From an uncultured Gammaproteobacteria bacterium (GTDB taxonomy: Bacteria > Pseudomonadota > Gammaproteobacteria > JACCXJ01): a stretch of DNA of 64,000 nt. A program made the position numbers and the translations under genes. The stretch covers positions 1 to 64,000 of the forward strand of contig CAVXTM010000011.1 in the NCBI GenBank assembly GCA_963764725.1, given 5' to 3'. How positions within the stretch are numbered: the first letter of the stretch is position 1; the number at the start of each line of letters is the position of its first letter. Below, piece by piece: positions 39,624 to 49,316 of the stretch. A model generated the notes under the pieces. That model did not search any database, was not told where the DNA came from, and worked only from the letters and a program-made list of their open reading frames with translations.

Positions 39624-41107
39624 GTAGCTCGGGGTTGGCCGTAACACGAACCGCGCACACCCTGCTGCCCAACCCCCGGCGCGTGATCGCCAAGCCGTAC
39701 CTGCCGGGCCAGGAAATAATCCCCGGGGGCGACGCCCGGACGGCGCTGCTGATGGATCGCATCCTCGCGATCCCGGAGCCCGAGGTCGCCTCGATGCTCG
39801 CGGGCGTGCTGGCGGACTTCTCGTCCCGCCACCGGGGGTTCGAGCAGATCCTGCAGCGGCATTTCGAGCTGGTCGTGCACCACATCGCTCCCGGGACCCA
39901 GCTCAGTCACGAGCGGCGCCTCCTCATCGGCGCGTACTTCACGCACGAGTATTCGGTCGAGGCCGCCGCGCTCTTCAATCCGTCGATGGTGCTCGCGCCC
40001 GACCAGACCAAGCTCCGACCCGGCGAGCGCCGATTCGTGATGAGCCTCCGAGCCGTGGGTGAAGGTCACATCTCGTCCATCGAGTTTCGCTCTGGCACCC
40101 TCGACGCCGCGAGCGAGGTGACGCTCGACCCCGTGGGCTCGAAGCTCGTCAGTGGGCGGCGCACTCCCCCCAGCAGCTACGACAAGCAAAAGTTCGCCGC
40201 TAAGCTCGTCGAGCTCGAAGCGGCCAACGAAATCGCCTCGAGCGTGCTCGCTCGGCTCTCGGAACGGTTTACACTCGATGATCTGGAGCACGCGCTCGCG
40301 CTGCTGGAAGAGAACGGCCTTCCCCACGCCATCAGCTTCGAGACCGTGAAGATCATCCGCGTCCTGGCCTCGTCCAACTACGTGACCACATTCCCCGCCG
40401 ATTCCGGGCTCTGCGAGCGGGTGATCTTCCCCGCCGGGCCGAACGAGACGCAAGGGATGGAAGACGCCCGCTTCGTCCGCTTCGTCGAGGACGACGGGCG
40501 CGTGAAGTATTACGCCACGTACACCGCCTTCGACGGATACGAGATCTTGCCTCAGCTGATAGAGACAGAGGACTTCGTGTCCTTCACGATCTCGACCCTG
40601 AACGGCGCCGCGGCACAGAATAAGGGCATGGCGCTGTTCCCGCGTCGAATCGACGGCAAGTACGTGATGCTGTCACGAAAAGATCGCGAGAACCTCCACC
40701 TCGCGACCTCGAACGACGTGCGGTTCTGGAACGACGTCACCGAGCTCCACAAGCCATCCAAGCCATGGGATCTCCTGCAGATCGGTAACTGCGGTTCGCC
40801 CCTCGAGACCGACGCCGGGTGGCTCGTGCTCACGCACGGCGTGGGGCCGATGAGACGTTATACCCTCAGCGCCCTGCTCCTCGATCTCGCCGACCCCCGG
40901 CGGGTGATCGGCCACCTGCCGGTCCCGCTGCTGGCTCCGGACGAGACGGAGCGCGAGGGCTACGTCCCGAACGTCCTGTACTCTTGCGGCGGCCTCATCA
41001 ACGGCGACACACTCGTTCTTCCCTACGGGTTCTCCGATCACGGGATCAACATCGCGCTCATCTCGGTGCCGGAGCTGCTGGCGAAGCTGCGGAGCTCCGC
41101 GGTTTGA
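39620..41107 (+). CDS. GH130-family glycoside hydrolase/phosphorylase with N-terminal extension
   Basis: EYSVEAAALFNPS, EDARFVRF, NKGMALFPRRI, EREGYVPNVLYSCG; ATGA overlap with the GT4 gene. Confidence 0.9.
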   Translation: MSSSGLAVTRTAHTLLPNPRRVIAKPYLPGQEIIPGGDARTALLMDRILAIPEPEVASMLAGVLADFSSRHRGFEQILQRHFELVVHHIAPGTQLSHERRLLIGAYFTHEYSVEAAALFNPSMVLAPDQTKLRPGERRFVMSLRAVGEGHISSIEFRSGTLDAASEVTLDPVGSKLVSGRRTPPSSYDKQKFAAKLVELEAANEIASSVLARLSERFTLDDLEHALALLEENGLPHAISFETVKIIRVLASSNYVTTFPADSGLCERVIFPAGPNETQGMEDARFVRFVEDDGRVKYYATYTAFDGYEILPQLIETEDFVSFTISTLNGAAAQNKGMALFPRRIDGKYVMLSRKDRENLHLATSNDVRFWNDVTELHKPSKPWDLLQIGNCGSPLETDAGWLVLTHGVGPMRRYTLSALLLDLADPRRVIGHLPVPLLAPDETEREGYVPNVLYSCGGLINGDTLVLPYGFSDHGINIALISVPELLAKLRSSAV

Positions 41108-41197
41108 ACGCCCATTGGAGATCGGGCCGTGCGGCGCCCAGTTCAACGGCGGATTGCACCCGCCGGTCGCTATTCTTCGATTCTGTCATTGGCATCC

Positions 41198-41233
41198 TTG
41201 ACATCGTCATTATAGGTGTATATACTCCTATAA
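41198..41233 (+). promoter_or_regulatory. Sigma70 promoter overlapped by a palindromic operator
   Basis: TTGACA-17 bp-TATACT; near-perfect palindrome ttataggtgtatatactcctataa at 41210-41233. Confidence 0.8.
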
Positions 41234-41261
41234 CGAACGAACAACAAGGTGGACGGAAACG

Positions 41262-41714
41262 ATGGCGCGACGCTTAGAGAAGGCAGAGTTGGTGAATTGC
41301 GTTAACTGCGCGTGCTTCAGCTTACGCAAAGTAACCCGTGCGGTGACCCAGCTTTATGACGACATGCTCCGGCCCTCGGGGCTGCGCGTTACACAGTTTT
41401 CGCTGCTGGTTGCGGGAAGAATGATGGGCCCGGTGAGTGTGACGCGGCTTGCGGAAATGACGGTCATGGATCGCACGACCTTAACGCGTAACTTGGAGCT
41501 GCTGCGGAAGCAGGGACTGATCGAGGTCGCCTCAGGCGAGGACCGGCGCACGCGAATCGTGACTATCACTTCTCGGGGGAACGGCGCGCTGGCCGAGGCC
41601 ATGCCGTTTTGGAAGAAGGCTCAGTCGCATGTGGTCAAGGCACTGGGGCAGGAACGCTGGACGGCGATGCAGACCGATCTCGGAGAAATGGTGGCGCTGA
41701 CGCAGGTACAGTAA
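41262..41714 (+). CDS. MarR-family regulator
   Basis: CACFSLRK.TRAVTQLYD, MDRTTLTRNL, DRR.R.V.IT..G. Confidence 0.93.
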   Translation: MARRLEKAELVNCVNCACFSLRKVTRAVTQLYDDMLRPSGLRVTQFSLLVAGRMMGPVSVTRLAEMTVMDRTTLTRNLELLRKQGLIEVASGEDRRTRIVTITSRGNGALAEAMPFWKKAQSHVVKALGQERWTAMQTDLGEMVALTQVQ

Positions 41715-41731
41715 TTTTTTTACCTACAAAT

Positions 41732-41743
41732 GTGTATATACAC
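41732..41743. promoter_or_regulatory. Second putative MarR operator
   Basis: Perfect palindrome gtgtatatacac sharing its core with the promoter operator. Confidence 0.7.
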
Positions 41744-41756
41744 TAACGGAGTCGCG

Positions 41757-43724
41757 ATGAACGGTAGAGTTCGATTTGACGGTAAGGTAAGACGTTCTCT
41801 GAGGATTAGTCTCATCATTCTAATAGGGGCTAGCCTGCTCGGGAGCGGTTGTACAACAACCTCCACTGCGCCATATCAAACTTACCATCCGGAACTGGAA
41901 TATCTGAAATCGTTGCATCAGGCTGGCCCTGTCACTGACCCTCAGATCGTCGTTTTCTTGATGCAGCAATTCATGAATACCAACCAGTTGCAAGCTGGCA
42001 TCGCGTTCTTCGACTCCTTCCTGGAAAAATACGAAGCTCAGCTTTCCTCCGAGCAAAAGGCATTATATCTTGGCACTTTGGGCGTTCTGCGCGCCTCCTA
42101 TGCCAATCAGGTGCCTCTCTGGAGACGAATCGCATGGGTGAATGAGACCATCGAGATTCTGGAAAACGCAAGGACGCTGAGCAACAACGAGAGCTTTCTG
42201 GTACGGTGGATGACCGGGGTAGTCTATGCACAGCTTCCTGATCGCTTTAACAAGGCCGACGCAGCCATTGCCGATCTCAAATGGTGCGTGGATGATATCT
42301 CTAAAGCACCCCATACGGGTTGGCTGCGGGAGGTTTTCTATCACCTGGCTGTTCTGTACAAGCGGACCGACGATCAACAACAGGCTCAGGCCTATCTGCA
42401 ATGGAGCGGCTATGACAGCTTTGACAAGCGCATCACGCTGACCACCCCGTATGCGGTCAATGCCACGAAAGGCCATACATTCTATCCCAAGCGCCTAAGA
42501 GAGATCATTCCCGGAAAGATATTTAATCTCTCGGGCTTCGAATTCACCGAGTATTACTTCGTTGTGTCAAAGGACGGCAAGGAGCTGATATCAATCGATG
42601 CCGGAACAAGGCCCGACTCGGCGCAGGGGGCCTATGAGTTCCTGCGGAATCGTTTTCCTGATCTGCCCCCGCTGACGACGGTGTTTGTGACCCATGCCCA
42701 CTGGGACCATATTGGCGGACACAGCTATTTCCGTCAGTTGGGTCCGCAGGTGAAGTTCTATGCCAGGGACAATTACCGCAAGGAGCTAGAGATCGTCACT
42801 CAAGGCTTCAGAGGATATAGATTTACGTACTTTTTCGGTACTGATTTCAAAGAAGAATTCATGTCTAATTTCAAGCCCGATGTCGCTCTTGGCCAGCGTA
42901 CTGAAGTCACCGTGGGAGGGACGCATTTTGATCTCATTCCAGTCCCGGGCGGAGAGACAATCGATGGAATGTTTATCCATGTGCCCGAGCACGGCGTCCT
43001 TTTCGTCGGGGATTTTATTATGCCGTATATCGGCGCCCCTTTCTTAGAGGAGGGCAACATCCAAGGGCTCTTCGAGGCCATTGATGTGGCTGTATCCTTA
43101 AACCCCCAACATCTGCTCCATGGGCATGAGCCGTTAACTCGGCTCTGGAGCTCTCCGGCGCTGCTCGCCAAAGTCAAAACCCATCTCCAGTGGCTTTATC
43201 GAGAGACGCTCAAGGGCATCGGGACCGGGATGGACCGGACAGCGATTCATCATCAAAACTTGATGCCGCCATTCATCCATCAAAATCCCGATGTGCAGCT
43301 GCCTTTCCTCGTCATGCGCGAGAATGTGATCAATCGACTATACGATCAGAATGTCGGTTACTGGCAGCCCGACCTTCAGGGCATGGACCATCTTAGCCAG
43401 GAAGAATTTGGATCGTTATTGACGCGCTACTTCGAGCTTTCAGAACAAGAATTAGCCAGCGCCATCGAAAAGATGTTGAGCAGCGGCGACCACGAGCTCG
43501 GAGCGCGCACAACGACATGGGCGCTTACTCAATATCCGTCCAACAAGAAATTGCAAGAGCTTAAGGAGCTTGCTTTCTTGAAACTAAAAGAGAAATACCA
43601 GGAGTTCAATCCCTTCAAGTTCATTATCTACTCACAGTCTATCCATCATGAAACGCCCCAGTTGCAGCAATTCCTGCCTAACAAAGGCATTGAGGCGGAC
43701 GCTGAACCTCCCCCGAAAAAGTAG
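41757..43724 (+). CDS. Lipoprotein with helical/TPR-like N-terminus and metallo-beta-lactamase-fold hydrolase domain
   Basis: Lipobox LLGSGC; THAHWDH, GGET, VGDF and HGH motifs. Confidence 0.85.
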   Translation: MNGRVRFDGKVRRSLRISLIILIGASLLGSGCTTTSTAPYQTYHPELEYLKSLHQAGPVTDPQIVVFLMQQFMNTNQLQAGIAFFDSFLEKYEAQLSSEQKALYLGTLGVLRASYANQVPLWRRIAWVNETIEILENARTLSNNESFLVRWMTGVVYAQLPDRFNKADAAIADLKWCVDDISKAPHTGWLREVFYHLAVLYKRTDDQQQAQAYLQWSGYDSFDKRITLTTPYAVNATKGHTFYPKRLREIIPGKIFNLSGFEFTEYYFVVSKDGKELISIDAGTRPDSAQGAYEFLRNRFPDLPPLTTVFVTHAHWDHIGGHSYFRQLGPQVKFYARDNYRKELEIVTQGFRGYRFTYFFGTDFKEEFMSNFKPDVALGQRTEVTVGGTHFDLIPVPGGETIDGMFIHVPEHGVLFVGDFIMPYIGAPFLEEGNIQGLFEAIDVAVSLNPQHLLHGHEPLTRLWSSPALLAKVKTHLQWLYRETLKGIGTGMDRTAIHHQNLMPPFIHQNPDVQLPFLVMRENVINRLYDQNVGYWQPDLQGMDHLSQEEFGSLLTRYFELSEQELASAIEKMLSSGDHELGARTTTWALTQYPSNKKLQELKELAFLKLKEKYQEFNPFKFIIYSQSIHHETPQLQQFLPNKGIEADAEPPPKK

Positions 43725-43749
43725 ACACCTTGATCTAACCAAAGAGGAG

Positions 43750-44235
43750 GTGTCGGATGCCGAGAGCAGGGCTGTCCCGTTATCCTTGCCAGCCGCCGCG
43801 ACGCTGGTCTTTGAGGATGACAAAGCGCATTTCAGCCGTGCCGAGCTGGACCAGATGCTGGCGCCGATTGCGCTCTATCCGGACACGGTGCTCTCCCACG
43901 TCCTAATTGCTTCGACGTATCCACTCGAAGTGGTCGAGGCGGCGCGGTGGTCGCACCGGCACCCGGATCTACAGGGCGAAGAGGCGGTGGAGGCGATCGA
44001 GGACATGGACTGGGACCCCAGCGTCAAGGCCGAGGTGAATCCCCGGATGCCGCGGGTGGAAGGCATCCCGGAGATTGGCGGCCATCGTGTGCAGGTGTCG
44101 GTAGTCGATGCGCTCGTCAGCGAAGCGGCGATGGTGTTCGTCGTGGTCGAACTGCGCGCCCGCTCTCCGATGTTGCCGCTGCAGCTGTTTCGGATCCGCT
44201 ACTTCAGTGGCGCCAACCTGATCACGCTGTCGTCC
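43750..44235 (+). pseudogene. Chimeric remnant: DUF3300 N-terminal fragment joined to an MFS transporter fragment
   Basis: ELDQMLAPIALYPD.VLS.VL.ASTYPLEVVEAARW and WDPSVKA, then FVVVE.RARSPMLPLQLFR...FSGANL.TL. Confidence 0.75.
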
Positions 44236-44479
44236 GACTTCGTGATTCGAGAGGCGCCCGGCGCTGTGCGGGTCTTCCGTTGTCATGGCGATGAAAGCCG
44301 CGGTGGATTTCGAAGTCGGCTCGCGAACTCACGATACCAACCGAAGGTGGTGGCAGGGCTATGCGGATAACTGAAGAAAGTGGGAAGGTAAGAAGCGATT
44401 TGGCCATTGTCGATTTCCGGCATCCCCGAACGACTATTTGGTGGACCAACAATTCCACCAAACCAGAGGAGGCACGAAA

Positions 44480-44914
44480 ATGCGATTCATGATCATAGTC
44501 AAGGCAACCAAAAACTCAGAGGCGGGCGTTCTGCCGAGCGAGAAACTAATCGCCGAGATGACCAAGTATAACGAAGAACTGGCGAAAGCCGGTGTGTTGC
44601 TGGCGGGCGAAGGGCTTCAGGCAAGTTCGAAGGGCGCGCGGGTCAAGTTCTCTGGAGGAAAGCGGACGGTGATTGACGGGCCGTTTGCCGAGACCAAGGA
44701 GCTGGTCGCCGGTTTCTGGATCTGGAAGTGCAAATCGCTGCAAGAGGCGATTGAATGGGTCAAACGCTGCCCTAACCCTATGCCGGGCGAAGAGGCTGAG
44801 ATCGAGATTCGCCAAGTGTTCGAAGCCGAGGACTTTGGCGCCGAGTTCACGCCCGAGCTCCGCGCGCAAGAGGATCGGCTGCGCGCGCAGATCGAAAGGT
44901 ACAAAGTTTCATGA
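44480..44914 (+). CDS. YciI (DGPF) family protein
   Basis: MRFMIIVKA and DGPFAETKELVAGFWI; RBS ggagg. Confidence 0.93.
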   Translation: MRFMIIVKATKNSEAGVLPSEKLIAEMTKYNEELAKAGVLLAGEGLQASSKGARVKFSGGKRTVIDGPFAETKELVAGFWIWKCKSLQEAIEWVKRCPNPMPGEEAEIEIRQVFEAEDFGAEFTPELRAQEDRLRAQIERYKVS

Positions 44915-45008
44915 CGCTGTCGATCAGGAGAAGATTATGAAATACATCTGGCTTGGATAAGTGGGAAAACGATGTCCGAAAGCGAGCGGAACGCTCCCAT
45001 GGAGCACT

Positions 45009-45710
45009 TCACCAGTTCTCACCGAAAGGCCGTGCTTCGACCTCGAACGACCAAGTCGAGCGATGCTGGCTAGTCAGGAGGAACACCGTGTCCGCGACAC
45101 CGTCCGGCTTGACGAAGAACTCGTCTGGCTTATCTGGCATGCGCTCGCGTGTCTTGGGCAAGTCGACCACGCCGTCGATGATGACGACAGCAACGTGAAT
45201 GCCCGCCGGCCAAAGGTGACGGGCCATCGATTCGGCCAGGCTGCGCTGGGCTGCCTTCGCCGGTGCAAAGGCCGCCGTATGCGCCGCGCCGCGACGCGAA
45301 GCAGTCGCGCCAATGAAGATGATATTGCCCTGTCCACTGCGCTTCATTGCCGGGATTACCTGCTGTGCGGTGAGCAGCGCTCCTAGTGCATTGACGCGCC
45401 AGTTCATCTCAAAGCCCTCGGGAGTAATTTCTTCAACTGTCCCCCACGATCCAGAGCCGGCGTTATAGATGAGGGCGTCGACGTCACCGAATCCCGTGCG
45501 GATCTGCCCAAAGACTTGTTCGACTGACGCCGGCTCGGTCACGTCGCACGCATAGGCCTGCGCGCCATCGAGTTCATGGGCGAGTGTCTGGCTGAAATCG
45601 ATGGTGCGCGCGAGCAACGCGACACGGTAGCCTTCTTTTGAGAACCGTCGGGCGATGGCCGAGCCATTGCCCGGTCCTACACCGACGACTGCGCATATCG
45701 GTTTGCTCAT
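45009..45710 (-). CDS. SDR-family oxidoreductase
   Basis: VVGVGPGNG, YNAG, GATASRRG, FAPAK. Confidence 0.92.
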   Translation of the reverse strand: MSKPICAVVGVGPGNGSAIARRFSKEGYRVALLARTIDFSQTLAHELDGAQAYACDVTEPASVEQVFGQIRTGFGDVDALIYNAGSGSWGTVEEITPEGFEMNWRVNALGALLTAQQVIPAMKRSGQGNIIFIGATASRRGAAHTAAFAPAKAAQRSLAESMARHLWPAGIHVAVVIIDGVVDLPKTRERMPDKPDEFFVKPDGVADTVFLLTSQHRSTWSFEVEARPFGENW

Positions 45711-46126
45711 AATGGGTCTCCTGTCGGCTAGGCGGATCCTTTGCCATCAAACGCCAAAAGTACTTCAGTTATCAGAAATGGACCCCATGGGACAAGGGCT
45801 TAAGTGGAATTTTCGCTCCTTATCATGCCGCGTCGGCCAGATTCTGTCAACCAATATACAGTGTATCTCTTCTCATCCACTACCGAGCGACCTTTGGAGG
45901 TTTTTGAGGTGATTCGCCGCTTCGGTTTATAGCCTATGTTAGCCCGATCTTCGCGATTCGGGGGGGGTCCTACTAGCTGTTCGGGAACCACGCGCTCTGC
46001 TACAGGCCACCCAGTCGCCCGTCTCGTAGGGATAAAAAAGGCGGTTATGTCTAACTTGACACCAATCACCAAAAAAGGGGGAGTATGTTTCGACAGGCCG
46101 GTATCCAGTTGTCTTTTGTCGTCTTG

Positions 46127-46880
46127 CTATTTCATTCGATCATAGGGAGCGTAAATACCCAACTTCTTGCCAGTGTCGTCGCTACGCACAGGATAGAAGC
46201 GAGCAATCTCCGTTATTCTTTCGCGAGTCGTGAGAACATCTCGATAACGGACGCAGCCGTGTATAAAAAGCCGTGCGGTTTTACCAAGGATCATGTTGAC
46301 TTTAACGTCATCGAGGCGCCGGGACAGAATGTCAGTTTTCCAAGAAGCATCAGACCCGATAAATTCCGGGGGACGATCCAGGCTTGGGGCATTCCCAATC
46401 TTTATACTTGGGAAAAGCGGTGAGGTCGGGCCCGGGAATGAACGTAAATTCCCATCCGCTAGAGACTTCAAGCGCGGCAGTTTTCCCGATGTTCTTGAGA
46501 GAAACCCTGAATTTCAGTCGGTTATTTTCAACCCCCTCAAAATTCCAAGTTTTCGGGACGATCCATGCAGCGGTCGAAGCGGAGGCGGCATTGGCGGCCA
46601 ATTCGGTAGCCTTAGTAGTTTTAATAATCTCGTAGTATTGGAAGCCAGCAAAAACAGCAACAATCCAAGCGCCGATGACAGCAGCAATCGTAATTCCACG
46701 ATTAATCTTGTTTTCTCTATCATTTTGTTTTTTGTAAGCGCGACATTCCTCAAGTATGGCATTTGGAATCTCTATGACGGTCCTTGTGACTGGCGCGCGC
46801 CCGCTAGCTTTATCGTTGGTTGGGTTCCCTTCTTTGGAGGAGCCTGGTTGCTTATTTACGGAGTCTTGTTCTGACGCCAT
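46127..46880 (-). pseudogene. Single-TM hypothetical passenger gene, frameshift near 46360
   Basis: TM helix plus LKNIGKTAA, continuing in another frame as LFIHGCVRYRDV; low GC. Confidence 0.55.
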
Positions 46881-46884
46881 GCGT

Positions 46885-47043
46885 TTATTTTTTCGCCTTC
46901 GCTGTCTTGACATATTTACTTCGTCGCTTTTTTGGACGTTTTGAAATGATGCCAATGCGTTCCGGCGAATCACTGTGAATGAGAGCTTTAATCGCCTCCT
47001 CGAACGTTAACGGGTGCAACGAGACCGGTTTCGCTTTTGGCAT
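46885..47043 (-). CDS. Small basic ORF downstream of the IS1595 transposase
   Basis: MPKAKPVSLHPLTFEEAIKALI...; RBS gggaga. Confidence 0.55.
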   Translation of the reverse strand: MPKAKPVSLHPLTFEEAIKALIHSDSPERIGIISKRPKKRRSKYVKTAKAKK

Positions 47044-47092
47044 ACTTTCTCCCTCAATGGCTTTAGCTGAGAACGCCGTAGCGGTGGCGTCC

Positions 47093-47576
47093 TCAGCATC
47101 CTGCTACCACATTCTGAAATATATCAGGATTCTTTCGGTTATTGTGCCTAAACGAAAACTCGGACAAGTACAGCGGCAAATACTTCTTGCTCATGTGGTG
47201 ATGTGTGCCCATCACACCGCGCTTGAGCAACGACCAAAACGAGTCAATGTTGGAGGTATGGATCTTACCGCGCACATATTCGCCCTGGCTGTGCTTAACC
47301 GATTCGTGATTGGTAATCCCTACCGAGCAGCCGATAACCGGAATGATCATCCGTGGCAACGAGAGAGACCCTTTCGTCTACGGTTCTACGCACAAAACTA
47401 TCAAGCGTGGCCGTGTCTGTGTTTCCTATCATCCTGCAAACGACGTTACCTTTGCGAGATATGGCACCGATAACGGGAGTCTTACCGGTAGTCCCACGAC
47501 CCTTGACACGCTTCGCCAAGGGTTTGTTACTCTCTTTTCCGCCCATGTAGGTTTCGTCAACTTCGACTTCGCCCAT
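47093..47576 (-). pseudogene. IS1595-family (ISXO2-like) transposase, 5'-truncated and frameshifted
   Basis: VEVDETYMGG, ATDD..GY, V.HSQGEYVRG.IHT..IDSFWSLLKRG..GTHHHMSKKYL..Y..EF.FR.N. Confidence 0.92.
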
Positions 47577-47899
47577 TGGACACCAGCATCGTCGCGCCCT
47601 TGCTCCTACCGGAGGCCACGAGCGATGAGGTGGAGCGGTATCTTCAGAACTTCTCTGCAGGCGAGCTTTCGACGAGCGCTTGGACCAAAGTAGAGTTTTC
47701 GTCTCTTGTAAGCTGAGGATGGGCGAGCTCGACGAGCGACAGGCTGATGAAGTGAGGTAAGGCGTGGCGGCAGATATGCTATCGCCAGCCTTTCGGTCCC
47801 GTGGTGCCGAGGCTTCCTGTGCCCGGGGATGAACCGGCTAACGCTGCCGTGACGATTTGATGACACTTCGGCGCCCCGGTCTGTGGTTTGCTGGGCGGC

Positions 47900-49204
47900 A
47901 TGGAGCAGATCGGGGTCATCGGTCTCTCGTACCGGCATGCGGATGCGGAGGAGATCGCTCGCTTCGCGATCCCGAAGCAGGACGTTCCCGAGCGCCTTGC
48001 CGCCCTCCGGGACACTTTGAGCACGGGCGAGATCGTCTACCTCGCCACCTGCAATCGGGTCGAAGTTCTTTTCGCGACGGCGGATGGCGCAGCGGCGCAG
48101 GATCGCCGCCGAGAAGTCTTCAAGACTCTCACCGGCCGCGATCCGCAGCCGGGCGAAGCCCGGACTGCGCTTCGGGCCTGGACGGACGAAGCGGCGGTCG
48201 AGCACCTCTTTCTGGTGGCTTGCGGGCTCGACTCCGCGCAAGCAGGCGAGCGTGAAATCGCTGCACAGCTTCGCGGGGCGTGGGACGCGGCTCGCGCGGC
48301 GGGCGTGTGCGGCCCCATCCTCGATCGCATTCTCGGCGAAGCCTTGTCGATGGCGAGCCGGATGCGGCGCATTGCAGCTCATGCGCGGCCGCCTTCGCTC
48401 GCCGATCTCGCGGCGGAGCGCGTGCTCGTTCATTTGGCCGAAAAGCCCGGATCGGTGGCGCTCGTCGGCGTTTCGCCGATGACGCGCCGCTGCGGCGCGC
48501 TTTTGCATCAGGCCGGCGTGTCGCTCATGGTTGTCAACCGTTCGGCGAAGCCGGCGGAAGAATTTGCCGAGGCGGTTGCGGCGTGGCCCGTGACGCTCGA
48601 GCAGTTCCGCGCGAATCCTCGAAACGTCGCCGCGCTCGTTCTCGCCACAGGCGGGGCGGAACCCGTGTTCGACGGCGCCGCGCTCGCACGAATCGCGCAA
48701 GCCGCCGCGGTGCCGCCGTTGATCGTTGATTTCGGTTCGCCCGCCAACGTCGAGCCCGAAGCGGCGCGCGAGCATGGACTGCTCCGGATCGGCATGAACG
48801 AAATGATTCAGGCGGCGCAGGATCGGCGCATGTCGCAGCTACTGCGACTCGCACCCGTGCGGGCCGCAATCGATGAGCGGTTGACGCGATTGAGGGCCCA
48901 GCTTGCGACGCGCGCCATCGGCCGCGAGCTTGCGGATCTGCACGGGACGTTCGAGCAGATCGCGACGGCCGAAGCCGACCGGCTGCTCGCCGAAGACCTG
49001 CACGGGCTCGATAGCCGGCAAAGAGAGCGGATCCGGCGCTTTGCCACGACAATAGCGCACCGCCTCGCGCACCTGCCGCTGGCGGGGATACGCGCCGCCG
49101 CCGCGCACGCCAGCGCAGAGGCAGTCGATGCTTTTTTCCGCGAGGCGCGATTGCGACGCGCGCAGCACGGAGACGCTGAGCACACTGACGAAAGGTCACA
49201 ATGA
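47900..49204 (+). CDS. hemA: Glutamyl-tRNA reductase (divergent)
   Basis: GLSYR, TCNRVE with catalytic Cys, HLF.VACGLDS...GE.EI..Q, VVNRS; heads a hem operon. Confidence 0.88.
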   Translation: MEQIGVIGLSYRHADAEEIARFAIPKQDVPERLAALRDTLSTGEIVYLATCNRVEVLFATADGAAAQDRRREVFKTLTGRDPQPGEARTALRAWTDEAAVEHLFLVACGLDSAQAGEREIAAQLRGAWDAARAAGVCGPILDRILGEALSMASRMRRIAAHARPPSLADLAAERVLVHLAEKPGSVALVGVSPMTRRCGALLHQAGVSLMVVNRSAKPAEEFAEAVAAWPVTLEQFRANPRNVAALVLATGGAEPVFDGAALARIAQAAAVPPLIVDFGSPANVEPEAAREHGLLRIGMNEMIQAAQDRRMSQLLRLAPVRAAIDERLTRLRAQLATRAIGRELADLHGTFEQIATAEADRLLAEDLHGLDSRQRERIRRFATTIAHRLAHLPLAGIRAAAAHASAEAVDAFFREARLRRAQHGDAEHTDERSQ

Positions 49205-49217
49205 CGGAAACTTCGCA

Positions 49218-49316
49218 ATGACGGCTTATAGAAATCCTTTGTCGCACGCTACGCCTTCACGCTCCGTGGAATTGTATGAGCGCGCGTGCCGCGTCATCCT
49301 CGCCGCACGCTCATGA
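49218..49316 (+). pseudogene. hemL: Glutamate-1-semialdehyde aminomutase remnant (internal deletion)
   Basis: SRSVELYERACRVI matches the HemL N-terminus just before PGGVNSP; the frame then ends after LAARS, with its stop coupled to the next ATG. Confidence 0.7.

Larger units (their letters stand above)
46042..47580 (-). mobile_element. IS1595-family element remnant carrying passenger genes
   Basis: Transposase fragments, a small downstream ORF, a low-GC passenger, then the end-like sequence cggttatgtctaacttgacacc. Confidence 0.7.

Noticed and set aside
41757-43724. Antibiotic-resistance metallo-beta-lactamase
   Set aside because: Size, helical domains and metal-ligand pattern do not fit class B beta-lactamases; only the fold is supported.
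46293-46874. 193-aa plus-strand ORF with a hydrophobic tail
   Set aside because: Overlaps the minus-strand passenger gene, which is co-oriented with the transposase and more protein-like; cannot be fully excluded.
47606-48775. 389-aa minus-strand ORF
   Set aside because: Antisense to hemA; Arg-rich and motif-free.
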